Source: Desulfobacterales bacterium
GTDB lineage: Bacteria > Desulfobacterota > UBA8473
Reading direction: 5' to 3'
Length of the DNA: 64,000 bases
Assembly (NCBI GenBank): GCA_016209225.1
Contig: JACQWO010000025.1
Coordinates: 14,548 to 78,547 of the forward strand
The stretch's first letter is position 1. Every line of letters begins with the position of its first letter. Of this stretch, positions 9,596-18,182 are shown piece by piece. The position numbers and the translations under genes are program-made. The notes below the pieces were generated by a model. The model ran no database searches, was not told where the DNA came from, and saw only the letters and a list, made by a program, of their open reading frames with translations.

Positions 9596-10777
9596 ATGAA
9601 CTTCAGATTTACGCCTGAGCAGGAAGCATTAAGGGTAGAGTTTATGGAGTTTTGTAAAGAAGAGGCAGAAAGAGCTCCCACAGGTTGGATAGGTGGCCTG
9701 GCAGCCGAGGAAACAGATGAAGGGTGGGCATATCACCAATCCGTAGTAAAGAGGGTAGCAGCAAAGGGATGGCTATGCTTGCCCTGGCCAAAAGAATATG
9801 GAGGGAAGGGGCATGGACCTGTTGAGCAGCTCATCTTCAACGAGGTAATGGCATACTATAGGGTGCCCGCTATCCCTTTCCACTTTATGACAGTAGCCGC
9901 GGGCATTATGGTGTACGGAACCGAGGAGCAGAAGAAAGAGTGGCTGCCGAAGATAGCCGGAGCAGAAATAAATTGGGCTGAAGGTTTGAGCGAGCCTAAT
10001 GCCGGTTCAGACCTTGCCTCCCTTACTACCACAGCAGTGGCAGATGGTGCTCATTATGTCATCAACGGGCAGAAGGTGTGGACCAGCGGTGCCCACCGTG
10101 CCGACCATATTTTTATCCTGGCAAGAACAGACCCTAACGAGCCAAGGCACAAGGGACTGACCTTCTTCATCAATAAGATTGGGCCTGGCATAGAGTTTCG
10201 TCCCTTAATCTTTATGAATGGAAGCCATTTCTACAATGAGACATTCATAGATGATTTCCGTGTACCCAAGGAAAATGTAGTGGGAAAGGTAAATCAAGGG
10301 TGGTATGTTATGATGGCAGGAAGAAACTTTGCCCGTGCCAATATAGCTTTTGCCGCCGGAGGAAAGCGAGACTTAGAGGATCTGATCTTATATTGCAAGG
10401 AGACACAAGAAGGTGGTGAAATCCTGGCGAAAAAAGCCTTGGTTCGCCACAGGCTTGTCGAACTGGCCATTGATTTTGAAGCGGCCCAAAGATTCGCTTA
10501 CTATGTAGGCTGGCTTCAAAGCAAGGGTAAGGATGTTGCAGTCGAGGCTGCTGCTTGCGGTTATTACGCCAGCGAGCTTAACCTGCGCCTTGCCAACACC
10601 GCGATAGAGATCATGGGGCTCTACGGTACGGTAACAAGAGAATCCAAGTGGGCTCCCCTCTGCGGTAAGTTTCAAGATCTTTGCCAGTGGGGCTCAGGTT
10701 TCACTATCGCCGGGGGTACTACAGAAATAAGGAAAAATATAATCGCCTGGCAGGGGCTCAAACTGCCCAGGAATTAG
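9596..10777 (+). CDS. Acyl-CoA dehydrogenase
   Basis: 393 aa with ACAD N/M/C domains. The RBS GGAGGAGGGG precedes the ATG. Confidence 0.85.
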   Translation: MNFRFTPEQEALRVEFMEFCKEEAERAPTGWIGGLAAEETDEGWAYHQSVVKRVAAKGWLCLPWPKEYGGKGHGPVEQLIFNEVMAYYRVPAIPFHFMTVAAGIMVYGTEEQKKEWLPKIAGAEINWAEGLSEPNAGSDLASLTTTAVADGAHYVINGQKVWTSGAHRADHIFILARTDPNEPRHKGLTFFINKIGPGIEFRPLIFMNGSHFYNETFIDDFRVPKENVVGKVNQGWYVMMAGRNFARANIAFAAGGKRDLEDLILYCKETQEGGEILAKKALVRHRLVELAIDFEAAQRFAYYVGWLQSKGKDVAVEAAACGYYASELNLRLANTAIEIMGLYGTVTRESKWAPLCGKFQDLCQWGSGFTIAGGTTEIRKNIIAWQGLKLPRN

Positions 10778-10821
10778 AAGAGTGGAGGCGTATTTAATGA
10801 CTTCCATTGAAAGGGGGAAAT

Positions 10822-11952
10822 ATGGAGTTAGCTTTTACAGAAGAGCAGGAAATATTAAGAAAGATGGCTCATGACTTCTTGGCAAGGGAATTTCCCAAGA
10901 CATTGGTGAGGGAAATGGAGGAGGATCCGATCGGATTTCGCCCCGACATCTGGAAGAAAATGGCGGAGTTGGGATGGATGGGGTTAATTATCCCGGAGGA
11001 GTATGGCGGCAGCAGTTGCGGCTTAGTGGATTTGATTGTCCTTCTGGAAGAGATGGGACGGGCTTGCCTTGCCTCCCCGTTTTTTTCAACCGCTATCTGC
11101 AGCTTCCTTCTTTTGGATGCCGGTAGTGAAGATCAGAAGAAGGAATGGTTGTCAAAGATAGCATCCGGGGAAAAGGTATTTACCCTGGCTTTAACCGAAC
11201 CCAGTGCCAGCTATGATGCCGGCGGTGTCTCCACAAAGGCTACAGAGGATAAAGACGGATATATTATCAATGGTACCAAGCTATTCGTTCATGATGCCCA
11301 GGTGGCTGATTATTTTCTCTGCGTAGCCAGGACGAATCTCTGGTCGCCGTCAGAGGAAGGCATTACCATCTTTCTGGTGGATGCTAAGAGCCAGGGGATA
11401 AAGATCACCCCTCTGCCTACCATTGCGGATGATAAGCAAAATGAAATTTTATTTGAGGGAGTGATGGTACCAAAAGGGAATATGGTCGGTGGATTAAATG
11501 CTGGATGGCCGGCAGTAAAGAAAACCCTTGACAGGGCTGCCGTAGCAAAATGCGCTGAGATGATTGGTGGTGCCGATTGGACGGTAGAGAACTGTGTGGC
11601 TTATGCTAAGGAGAGGACGCAGTTTTATAAGCCAATTGGCAGCTTTGGGATTATTCAGCACTACCTGGCTGAGATGTGGGCAGAAATCGGCCATGCCAAG
11701 AGACTGGTCTATTACGCAGGTTGGCTTGCAGAACAAGAACTCCCCTGTGCCAAGGAGGCAGCCATGGCAAAGGCACGAATGAGCGAGGTATACAGGCACT
11801 GCACCCGCATGGGTGTTCAAATCTTTGGTGGCATTGGCACCACCAGAGAGCATGATATGGGGCTTTATTACCGTCGTGCCAGACAGTCACTGCCCCTTTT
11901 TGGATCTCCCGATTTTTGTCGGGAGAGGGTGGCTTGTGAGATGGGGCTTTAA
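10822..11952 (+). CDS. Acyl-CoA dehydrogenase (paralog, same operon)
   Basis: The ACAD fold is recognisable. Start set at MELAFTEEQ, with the RBS AAAGGGGGAAAT just upstream. The track ORF begins 15 nt earlier. Confidence 0.85.
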   Translation: MELAFTEEQEILRKMAHDFLAREFPKTLVREMEEDPIGFRPDIWKKMAELGWMGLIIPEEYGGSSCGLVDLIVLLEEMGRACLASPFFSTAICSFLLLDAGSEDQKKEWLSKIASGEKVFTLALTEPSASYDAGGVSTKATEDKDGYIINGTKLFVHDAQVADYFLCVARTNLWSPSEEGITIFLVDAKSQGIKITPLPTIADDKQNEILFEGVMVPKGNMVGGLNAGWPAVKKTLDRAAVAKCAEMIGGADWTVENCVAYAKERTQFYKPIGSFGIIQHYLAEMWAEIGHAKRLVYYAGWLAEQELPCAKEAAMAKARMSEVYRHCTRMGVQIFGGIGTTREHDMGLYYRRARQSLPLFGSPDFCRERVACEMGL

Positions 11953-11954
11953 GT

Positions 11955-13631
11955 ATGATCAACTTCATTCGCAATATCATAGCGGAGGATTTGAAGGCAA
12001 ACAAGAATGGCGGTCGGGTCCATACTCGATTTCCACCGGAACCAAACGGCTATCTGCATATCGGACATGCCAAGTCTATCTGCCTTAATTTTGGTCTTGC
12101 CGCTGAAAGCCACGGTCTTTGCAATTTACGATTCGATGATACCAACCCCAGTAAAGAAAGCACTGAATACATTGAATCAATAAAATCGGATATCAAATGG
12201 CTTGGTTTCGATTGGGGTGATGGACTCTTTTACACATCTGACTATTTTGAGAAGCTATACCGGTATGCTGTACAGTTAATCAAAAAGGGGAAGGCGTACG
12301 TTTGCGACTTGAGTCCAGAGGAGATTAGAGAGTACCGTGGCACCTTGACCGAGCCTGGCAAAGACAGTCCTTATTGTAAGCGTTCCGCAGAAGAGAACCT
12401 TGACCTGTTCGAACGCATGCGGGCAGGAGAATTCGAGGAAGGCTCCCGGGTGCTTCGAGCAAAAATCGATATGTCATCCCCAAATTTAAATATGCGTGAT
12501 CCGGTACTTTACCGTATCCTTCGCATACCACATCACCGAACGGGCGACAAGTGGTGCATATATCCCATGTATGATTATGCCCATTGCCTTTCTGATTCCA
12601 TTGAAGGGATTACACATTCTATTTGTACGCTGGAATTTGAAGATCATCGTCCGTTATACGATTGGGTGCTTGACCAACTGAACGTCGATTGCCATCCGCA
12701 GCAAATCGAATTCGCTCGTCTCAATCTGAACTACACAGTGATGAGTAAACGTAAGCTTCTGGAATTGGTGGAAAACGGACATGTCAGCGGATGGGACGAT
12801 CCACGGATGCCTACACTATCGGGTCTGCGGAGACGCGGATACACACCAGAGTCAATCCGAAACTTCTGTGAACGCATCGGAGTAGCAAAGAGGGATAGTG
12901 TGGTTGATGTGGCATTACTCGAGCACTGTATTCGTGAAGACCTAAATCAAAGCGCCCCACGGGTTATGGCCGTGTTGCGTCCACTCCGGGTAGTCATTGA
13001 TAATTATCCGGAAGGTAAAATAGAAGAGCTGGATGCACCTTATCATCCGGATGACCCAAGTATGGGGTCACGGAAGATTCCGTTCTCACACGTGCTGTAT
13101 ATAGAACAAGAGGATTTTCTTGAGGATCCGCCGAAAAAGTTCTTCCGTTTGGCCCCTGGCCGTGAAGTGCGCCTACGATATGCTTATTACATCACGTGTG
13201 TAGATGTGGTAAAGGATAAACGAACCGGAGAAGTGGTCGAATTGCACTGTACTTATGATCCTGAGACACGCGGCGGTTGGTCTCGAGATGGACGCAAGGT
13301 TAAGGCTACGCTGCACTGGGTTTCTGGATTCCACTCTATCCCGGCTGAGGTACGCCTCTATGATCATCTGTTCACGAAAGAAAACCCAAACGAAGAAAAG
13401 GACAACATTGACTTCAAGACTTATTTAAATCCGAACTCGCTTGAGATTTTGACTTCGTGCCGTGTTGAACCAGTCCTTGCAAATGCCACACCGGGGAGTC
13501 GGTACCAGTTTGAAAGGATCGGCTATTTCAGCGTCGATTCAGTTGATTCATCCGATGGAGCGCTGGTGTTTAACCGGACTGTGACGTTACGTGATTCGTG
13601 GACAAAGATCGCTAAAAGGGAGAAGTTTTAG
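11955..13631 (+). CDS. glnS: Glutamine--tRNA ligase
   Basis: 558 aa. Contains the HIGH motif ([12 protein letters not shown]), KMSKS motif (VMSKRK), and colinear similarity to E. coli GlnRS throughout ([36 protein letters not shown]). Confidence 0.95.
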   Translation: MINFIRNIIAEDLKANKNGGRVHTRFPPEPNGYLHIGHAKSICLNFGLAAESHGLCNLRFDDTNPSKESTEYIESIKSDIKWLGFDWGDGLFYTSDYFEKLYRYAVQLIKKGKAYVCDLSPEEIREYRGTLTEPGKDSPYCKRSAEENLDLFERMRAGEFEEGSRVLRAKIDMSSPNLNMRDPVLYRILRIPHHRTGDKWCIYPMYDYAHCLSDSIEGITHSICTLEFEDHRPLYDWVLDQLNVDCHPQQIEFARLNLNYTVMSKRKLLELVENGHVSGWDDPRMPTLSGLRRRGYTPESIRNFCERIGVAKRDSVVDVALLEHCIREDLNQSAPRVMAVLRPLRVVIDNYPEGKIEELDAPYHPDDPSMGSRKIPFSHVLYIEQEDFLEDPPKKFFRLAPGREVRLRYAYYITCVDVVKDKRTGEVVELHCTYDPETRGGWSRDGRKVKATLHWVSGFHSIPAEVRLYDHLFTKENPNEEKDNIDFKTYLNPNSLEILTSCRVEPVLANATPGSRYQFERIGYFSVDSVDSSDGALVFNRTVTLRDSWTKIAKREKF

Positions 13632-13651
13632 AATGGCTGGGAGATTTTTAA

Positions 13652-13725
13652 TGGCTGGGAGACCAGGATTCGAACCTGGGTTGACGGAGTCAGAGTCCGT
13701 AGTCCTGCCGCTGGACGATCTCCCA
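13652..13725 (-). tRNA. tRNA-Gln (anticodon CUG), CCA encoded
   Basis: The reverse complement folds as a cloverleaf. It has a U1-A72 acceptor pair, a GGTTCGAATCC T-arm, the anticodon loop CTCTGAC (anticodon CTG), discriminator G and a 3' CCA. It closely resembles E. coli tRNA-Gln and sits next to glnS. Confidence 0.85.
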
Positions 13726-13870
13726 GTAAGATATGTTTACTGCATCTTTGCTTCTTAATTTATATACAAAGGCATAAAAAAGTCAACAAAAAAAACCTGC
13801 CCCTTTGTTTCAGTTTCCAATAAGATTTATACCTATTCTGTTAGATGCAATAATTATAATAGGGGGAAAC

Positions 13871-14452
13871 ATGAGAGGAAAAAATATAATTATCAGCATG
13901 GCAATCGTTTTTTTCTTGTTTTCCTTGCTGTTAAAGCCCACCGTTGCGTCCGAAGAAAATATTTCTAGCTATCATGAAACAATTTCTGTCCTTCGAGAAC
14001 TATATAAAGATGAGACTACTGCCTACAAGACTTATTCAGTATTTGCAAAGAAGGCCATGGAAGAAAAATATGATAGCGTTGCTCGACTTTTTAGTGCATT
14101 AAGCGAATCTGAATCAGTTCACGCACGTAATTTCAAAAGTATTTTGGAGGAAATAGGTGTTACATTAGAAGAATTTCCAGAACCCGATATTAAAGTAAAG
14201 ACCACGAAAAAAAATCTAAAATTTTCTCTAAACACGGAACTTTCCGAGATTGACACTACGTATCCAGGATTTATTGAAAGAATAAAGCCAGAGGGCAATG
14301 AAAGGGCTTTGGTAGATATAACTTATGCATGGAAAGCAGAGATGCAGCACCGGGATTTGATAAAAGGGGGAAAGTCAGCCATTTGGCTTTTATTTGGGAA
14401 GATTGCCGAGGACGATTTGGGGACGTTGTTACTTACGTTGCAAAACTCTTGA
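13871..14452 (+). CDS. Secreted ferritin-like / rubrerythrin-family diiron protein
   Basis: Signal peptide MRGKNIIISMAIVFFLFSLLL. Two E..H-type ferritin-like motifs (ALSESESVHARNF and AEMQHRD). Start chosen at the ATG with the RBS GGGGGAAAC. Confidence 0.5.
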   Translation: MRGKNIIISMAIVFFLFSLLLKPTVASEENISSYHETISVLRELYKDETTAYKTYSVFAKKAMEEKYDSVARLFSALSESESVHARNFKSILEEIGVTLEEFPEPDIKVKTTKKNLKFSLNTELSEIDTTYPGFIERIKPEGNERALVDITYAWKAEMQHRDLIKGGKSAIWLLFGKIAEDDLGTLLLTLQNS

Positions 14453-14483
14453 CAGCGCTGTCAGAAGTTGGTAGAATTACGTT

Positions 14484-15455
14484 ATGCCACGCCAAGCCCG
14501 CTTAGATATCCCCGGCGCCCTGCACCATATCATGGTACGGGGGATCGACAAATCAAACATCTTCCGCGATACTCAGGACAAAGCCCGGTTCCTTGAATGT
14601 CTCGGGCAGAACGTCCAGGACGCCAAATGTTCTGTTTACGCATGGGTGCTCATGGACAACCATGTTCATATACTGTTCCGGAGCGGACAAGGCGGCATCT
14701 CATCTGTCATGAGAAAGCTCCTTACCTGGTACGCCCAATACTTCAACCGCAGGCACGGCCGAAAAGGACATCTCTTTGAAAACCGTTATAAATCCATCCT
14801 GTGCGACGAAGATAATTACCTCCTTGCCCTTGTCCGTTACATCCATCTCAACCCCGTTCGGGCAGAGATCATTCAGACCATGACAGAGATGGACAAATAC
14901 CCATGGAGCGGCCATCCAGCTATTATTGAAAAGGCAAAATACCCATGGATGGATACTGCAACGGTATTGGCGCAATTCGGAGGCATGAAAAGAAAAGCCA
15001 CTGCAGAATACCGGCGGTTTATGCAGGAAGGCATGAATCAGGGACATGAGCCCCAATATTCCGGTGGCGGGCTTGTACGGAGCCTCGGAGGGTGGTCCAA
15101 TGTCCTCTCTATGAGACGGAAAGGCCGGAAGGAAGAGACAGACGAGCGGATCCTTGGGAGTGGTGATTTCGTGCAGCAAGTAATAACGGAGGCAGAAGAC
15201 AAGTCGCTTCGGCAGATGAAGCTCAAAAGATCAGGATTGACGCTGATAAAAATCATCGAACAAGAATGCAAGAAAGGGCAGATCAGCCGGATAGAGCTGG
15301 AGAGCGGCAGTCGCCGGTCAAAGGTAAGCTGGACGCGTGGACAGATCGCCCGACGCGGCATTGAAGAGATCGGCCTCTCAGCGGCTGAGATTGCGCGACA
15401 TCTCGGCGTAGCCACGTCAAGCATAACGCGGGCGATTGCAAAGATGGAAGTCTGA
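14484..15455 (+). CDS. IS200-like Y1 (HUH) transposase domain fused to a DnaA domain-IV-like HTH; RayT/REP-associated tyrosine transposase-like
   Basis: The N-terminus PGALHHIMVRG...AWVLMDNHVHIL (HuH motif)...RYIHLNPVRA matches the Y1 transposase fold. The C-terminus GLSAAEIARHLGVATSSITRAI resembles the DnaA C-terminal HTH. It is the first gene of the GC-rich island. Confidence 0.7.
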   Translation: MPRQARLDIPGALHHIMVRGIDKSNIFRDTQDKARFLECLGQNVQDAKCSVYAWVLMDNHVHILFRSGQGGISSVMRKLLTWYAQYFNRRHGRKGHLFENRYKSILCDEDNYLLALVRYIHLNPVRAEIIQTMTEMDKYPWSGHPAIIEKAKYPWMDTATVLAQFGGMKRKATAEYRRFMQEGMNQGHEPQYSGGGLVRSLGGWSNVLSMRRKGRKEETDERILGSGDFVQQVITEAEDKSLRQMKLKRSGLTLIKIIEQECKKGQISRIELESGSRRSKVSWTRGQIARRGIEEIGLSAAEIARHLGVATSSITRAIAKMEV

Positions 15456-15506
15456 ACTACAACGCAACGCAACGTAAGTAACAACGTCCCCAAAGTCCTT
15501 ATTTAA

Positions 15507-15659
15507 GCGGCGGTAGATGCGGATTGGTTCCTTTCGCAAGAGAAAGCGATTACAGCCGTTCCAACATTTGTGATGAATCATGATAAGTTGGTTGGTGCGC
15601 AGCCCTACGAGATGCTGGAAAGACTTATGGAAGCTCATGGGGTTAAAAAAAGGAAATAA
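15507..15659 (+). pseudogene. DsbA-family (FrnE-like) thiol-disulfide oxidoreductase, C-terminal roughly 50-aa remnant
   Basis: The open frame reads ...AITAVPTFVMNHDKLVGAQPYEMLERLMEAHGVKKRK* with no start codon or N-terminal domain. It follows the Y1/DnaA-IV gene directly. Confidence 0.45.
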
Positions 15660-15732
15660 ACATAGATCAGAAACTAAAAAGCAATCCATTTTTTTGACAT
15701 AGCCATCTGCCACACCAGACAGGACAGGGCTG

Positions 15733-15766
15733 CTCTCTGGTGAGCAGCAGGTTTTTTCTGATTGGA
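15733..15766 (+). terminator. Rho-independent terminator-like hairpin followed by a T-run
   Basis: GCTGCTC-tctggt-GAGCAGC followed by aggTTTTTTct. It sits just downstream of the DsbA remnant. Confidence 0.45.
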
Positions 15767-16056
15767 TATTCCCTGTGCTCTGCATCACATCATGTGGTGC
15801 GGGGGGATCAATAAAGCCAACATCTTTTCATAAATCCGGCCTTCTCTCCATGAACCGAATTCCTTCCTGCTTCCCACCTGCCCGGCGCTCGGTGCGGACA
15901 GGTGTCCCCAAACCCTTGTCATGACGGGTGTCGAAAACGGCGGCTTGTTTGGCTCGCTTCTTGCGTTAAATACTTTCCGCGCCTCCGTGCCTCTCTCTGT
16001 GGAAAGAGCCGATGCCTTTCCACTGCCTGAGAATTGCGGCGCAAAAGGAGTTTCCT

Positions 16057-16851
16057 ATGTGGAAAGGTCTGATGACCTCAGTACTGCTTGCTTTTATCTT
16101 CCTCGCCCTTCCCCCTGCGCAAGGGGCGATGCAGCAAGTGACGGCGAATAGTGGACGGTACAAAGTCCCGATTCTACTCTATCACCGCTTCGGACCCGCT
16201 GTGGCTGACGGGATGACCTTGACCACGCAGGTGTTCGCGTCCCATCTGGAATACCTCGCTAAAAACGGCTACACCATTATCCCTCTGAGGAAACTGATTG
16301 ATTTCTATCTCAGGAAAGTCCCTGATCTCCCTCCCAAATCAGTGGTGATCGTTGTTGACGACGCTCACAAATCGGTCTATACCGATATGTTGCCGCTGGT
16401 CAGGAAATATTCCATTCCGGTCACGCTCTTCATCTACCCGTCGGCGATCTCGAACGCGACCTACGCCATGACCTGGGATGAGTTGAGAGCGTTGAAGAAG
16501 ACCGGATTCTTCGATTTTCAGTCGCACACCTATTGGCACCCAAACTTTCTGAAGGAGCGCCGAAAGCTGGGGCCGGCGGATTTTGAAAAGTTCGTGGATA
16601 CGCAGATGAAAAAACCACTCATCAAGATCGAGAAGGAACTGGGCATCAGACCCGACATGCTCGCCTGGCCCTTCGGCATCTATGACGACTATCTCATCGG
16701 AAAGGCCAGGGAGGCGGGATATATCGCCGCCTTCACCATCGAACGCCGGCGCGTGTGCAACCGCGACGGCCTTCTGAAGCTCCCGCGCTACCTCTTGATC
16801 AATGCGGACACGGGGAAAAAATTCGAGAACATTCTCGCAGGGAAAGGATAA
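16057..16851 (+). CDS. Polysaccharide deacetylase (NodB-homology, PgaB/IcaB-like), secreted
   Basis: Signal peptide MWKGLMTSVLLAFIFLALPPAQG. IVVDDAHKSVY and WPFG are NodB-homology motifs. Confidence 0.8.
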   Translation: MWKGLMTSVLLAFIFLALPPAQGAMQQVTANSGRYKVPILLYHRFGPAVADGMTLTTQVFASHLEYLAKNGYTIIPLRKLIDFYLRKVPDLPPKSVVIVVDDAHKSVYTDMLPLVRKYSIPVTLFIYPSAISNATYAMTWDELRALKKTGFFDFQSHTYWHPNFLKERRKLGPADFEKFVDTQMKKPLIKIEKELGIRPDMLAWPFGIYDDYLIGKAREAGYIAAFTIERRRVCNRDGLLKLPRYLLINADTGKKFENILAGKG

Positions 16852-16858
16852 TTGCAAC

Positions 16859-18178
16859 ATGAAACTTCATAATCACCGGGCAGCCATGTTTCTTGTATTT
16901 CTAGGCTTTTTGTTTGCCGTCCCGTTCCCGGCCTTTGCGGACGGATATGCCACGGGAAGGGTGGTCGATTTCGAGACGAAAAGACCGATCGCTGGGGCAA
17001 TCTTGACACTCCCGAACGAGGTGGTCCGCACGGATGAACAGGGCATGTTCACCATGAAATCCCCTGCGGCAAAGGTCGGCGTGCGGGCATGCGGGTATCG
17101 ACGGGGAGAGGTCACGCTTCCCGCTCTTGCACCGAAGAGCCCCTTGCAGATCGCTCTCCTGGCATTCACTCCCAAGGCACTCTATCTCACCTATTACGGG
17201 ATCGGGGACAGGAAACTGAGAAACTCGGCGCTCAAGCTCATCGACGAGACGGAGCTCAATGCGCTTGTGATCGATGTGAAGGGCGACAGGGGCGTGGTCA
17301 CCTATAAGACGGAAGTCCCTTTCGCTAATCAGATCGGCGCGCAGAAGCTGATCATCGTGAAGGACATAAGAGAACTGATCCGTTCCCTGAGAGAGAGGGG
17401 GGTTTACACCATCGCCCGGATCGTCGTCTTCAAGGACAATGTGCTTGGAACGGCGCGTCCCGACCTTACCATCCGGACCCAGGACGGAAGTGTCTGGCGC
17501 GACCGGGAAAATCTCGTCTGGGTTGATCCTTCGAAACAGGAAGTCTGGGAGTACAACATCAGCCTCGCGGTAGAGGCCGCCAGAAACGGTTTCGACGAAA
17601 TCCAGTTCGACTATGTGAGATTCCCGGACAGGAAGGGATTGAAATTCGCGGTACAGAACTCTGAAGAGAACAGGGTGAAGTACATATCAGGTTTCCTCAA
17701 GGAAGCAAAAAGGCGGCTTGCCCCCTACAATGTTTTTCTCGCCGCCGATATCTTCGGGTATGTGTCATGGAACCTCGACGACACCCAAATCGGGCAGAGG
17801 CTCGATGCGGTCGAGCCGCATGTCGATTACATCTCTCTCATGCTCTACCCATCGGGGTTCCAGTTCGGGATCCCCGGTTACCGGAATCCCTTGGCTCATC
17901 CCTACGAAATCGTCTCGCTTTCGCTGAAGAAGGCACAGGAAAGGACTGCTATTCCAGCGGTCCGTTTTAGGCCGTGGCTGCAAGCCTTCAGGGATTATGC
18001 CTTTGATCGGAGGCATTTCACGGGAACCGAGATCAAAATGCAGATAAATGCCTCCAAGGACTTCGGTTCCGGAGGATGGATGCTCTGGAATCCGCGGAAC
18101 GTCTATCTCGCCGACGGACTGAAGCCGCGTGAGAAGGTCATGCGAATGGGGGCCAGGATTCATGATCCTCAGGGGTAA
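16859..18178 (+). CDS. Secreted putative glycoside hydrolase (DUF4015/GHL-type TIM barrel)
   Basis: Signal peptide followed by ALYLTYYGIGDRKL...ALVIDVKGDRG...DEIQFDYVRFP, which is typical of the DUF4015 (YngK-like) family. Confidence 0.5.
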   Translation: MKLHNHRAAMFLVFLGFLFAVPFPAFADGYATGRVVDFETKRPIAGAILTLPNEVVRTDEQGMFTMKSPAAKVGVRACGYRRGEVTLPALAPKSPLQIALLAFTPKALYLTYYGIGDRKLRNSALKLIDETELNALVIDVKGDRGVVTYKTEVPFANQIGAQKLIIVKDIRELIRSLRERGVYTIARIVVFKDNVLGTARPDLTIRTQDGSVWRDRENLVWVDPSKQEVWEYNISLAVEAARNGFDEIQFDYVRFPDRKGLKFAVQNSEENRVKYISGFLKEAKRRLAPYNVFLAADIFGYVSWNLDDTQIGQRLDAVEPHVDYISLMLYPSGFQFGIPGYRNPLAHPYEIVSLSLKKAQERTAIPAVRFRPWLQAFRDYAFDRRHFTGTEIKMQINASKDFGSGGWMLWNPRNVYLADGLKPREKVMRMGARIHDPQG

Positions 18179-18182
18179 GGCA

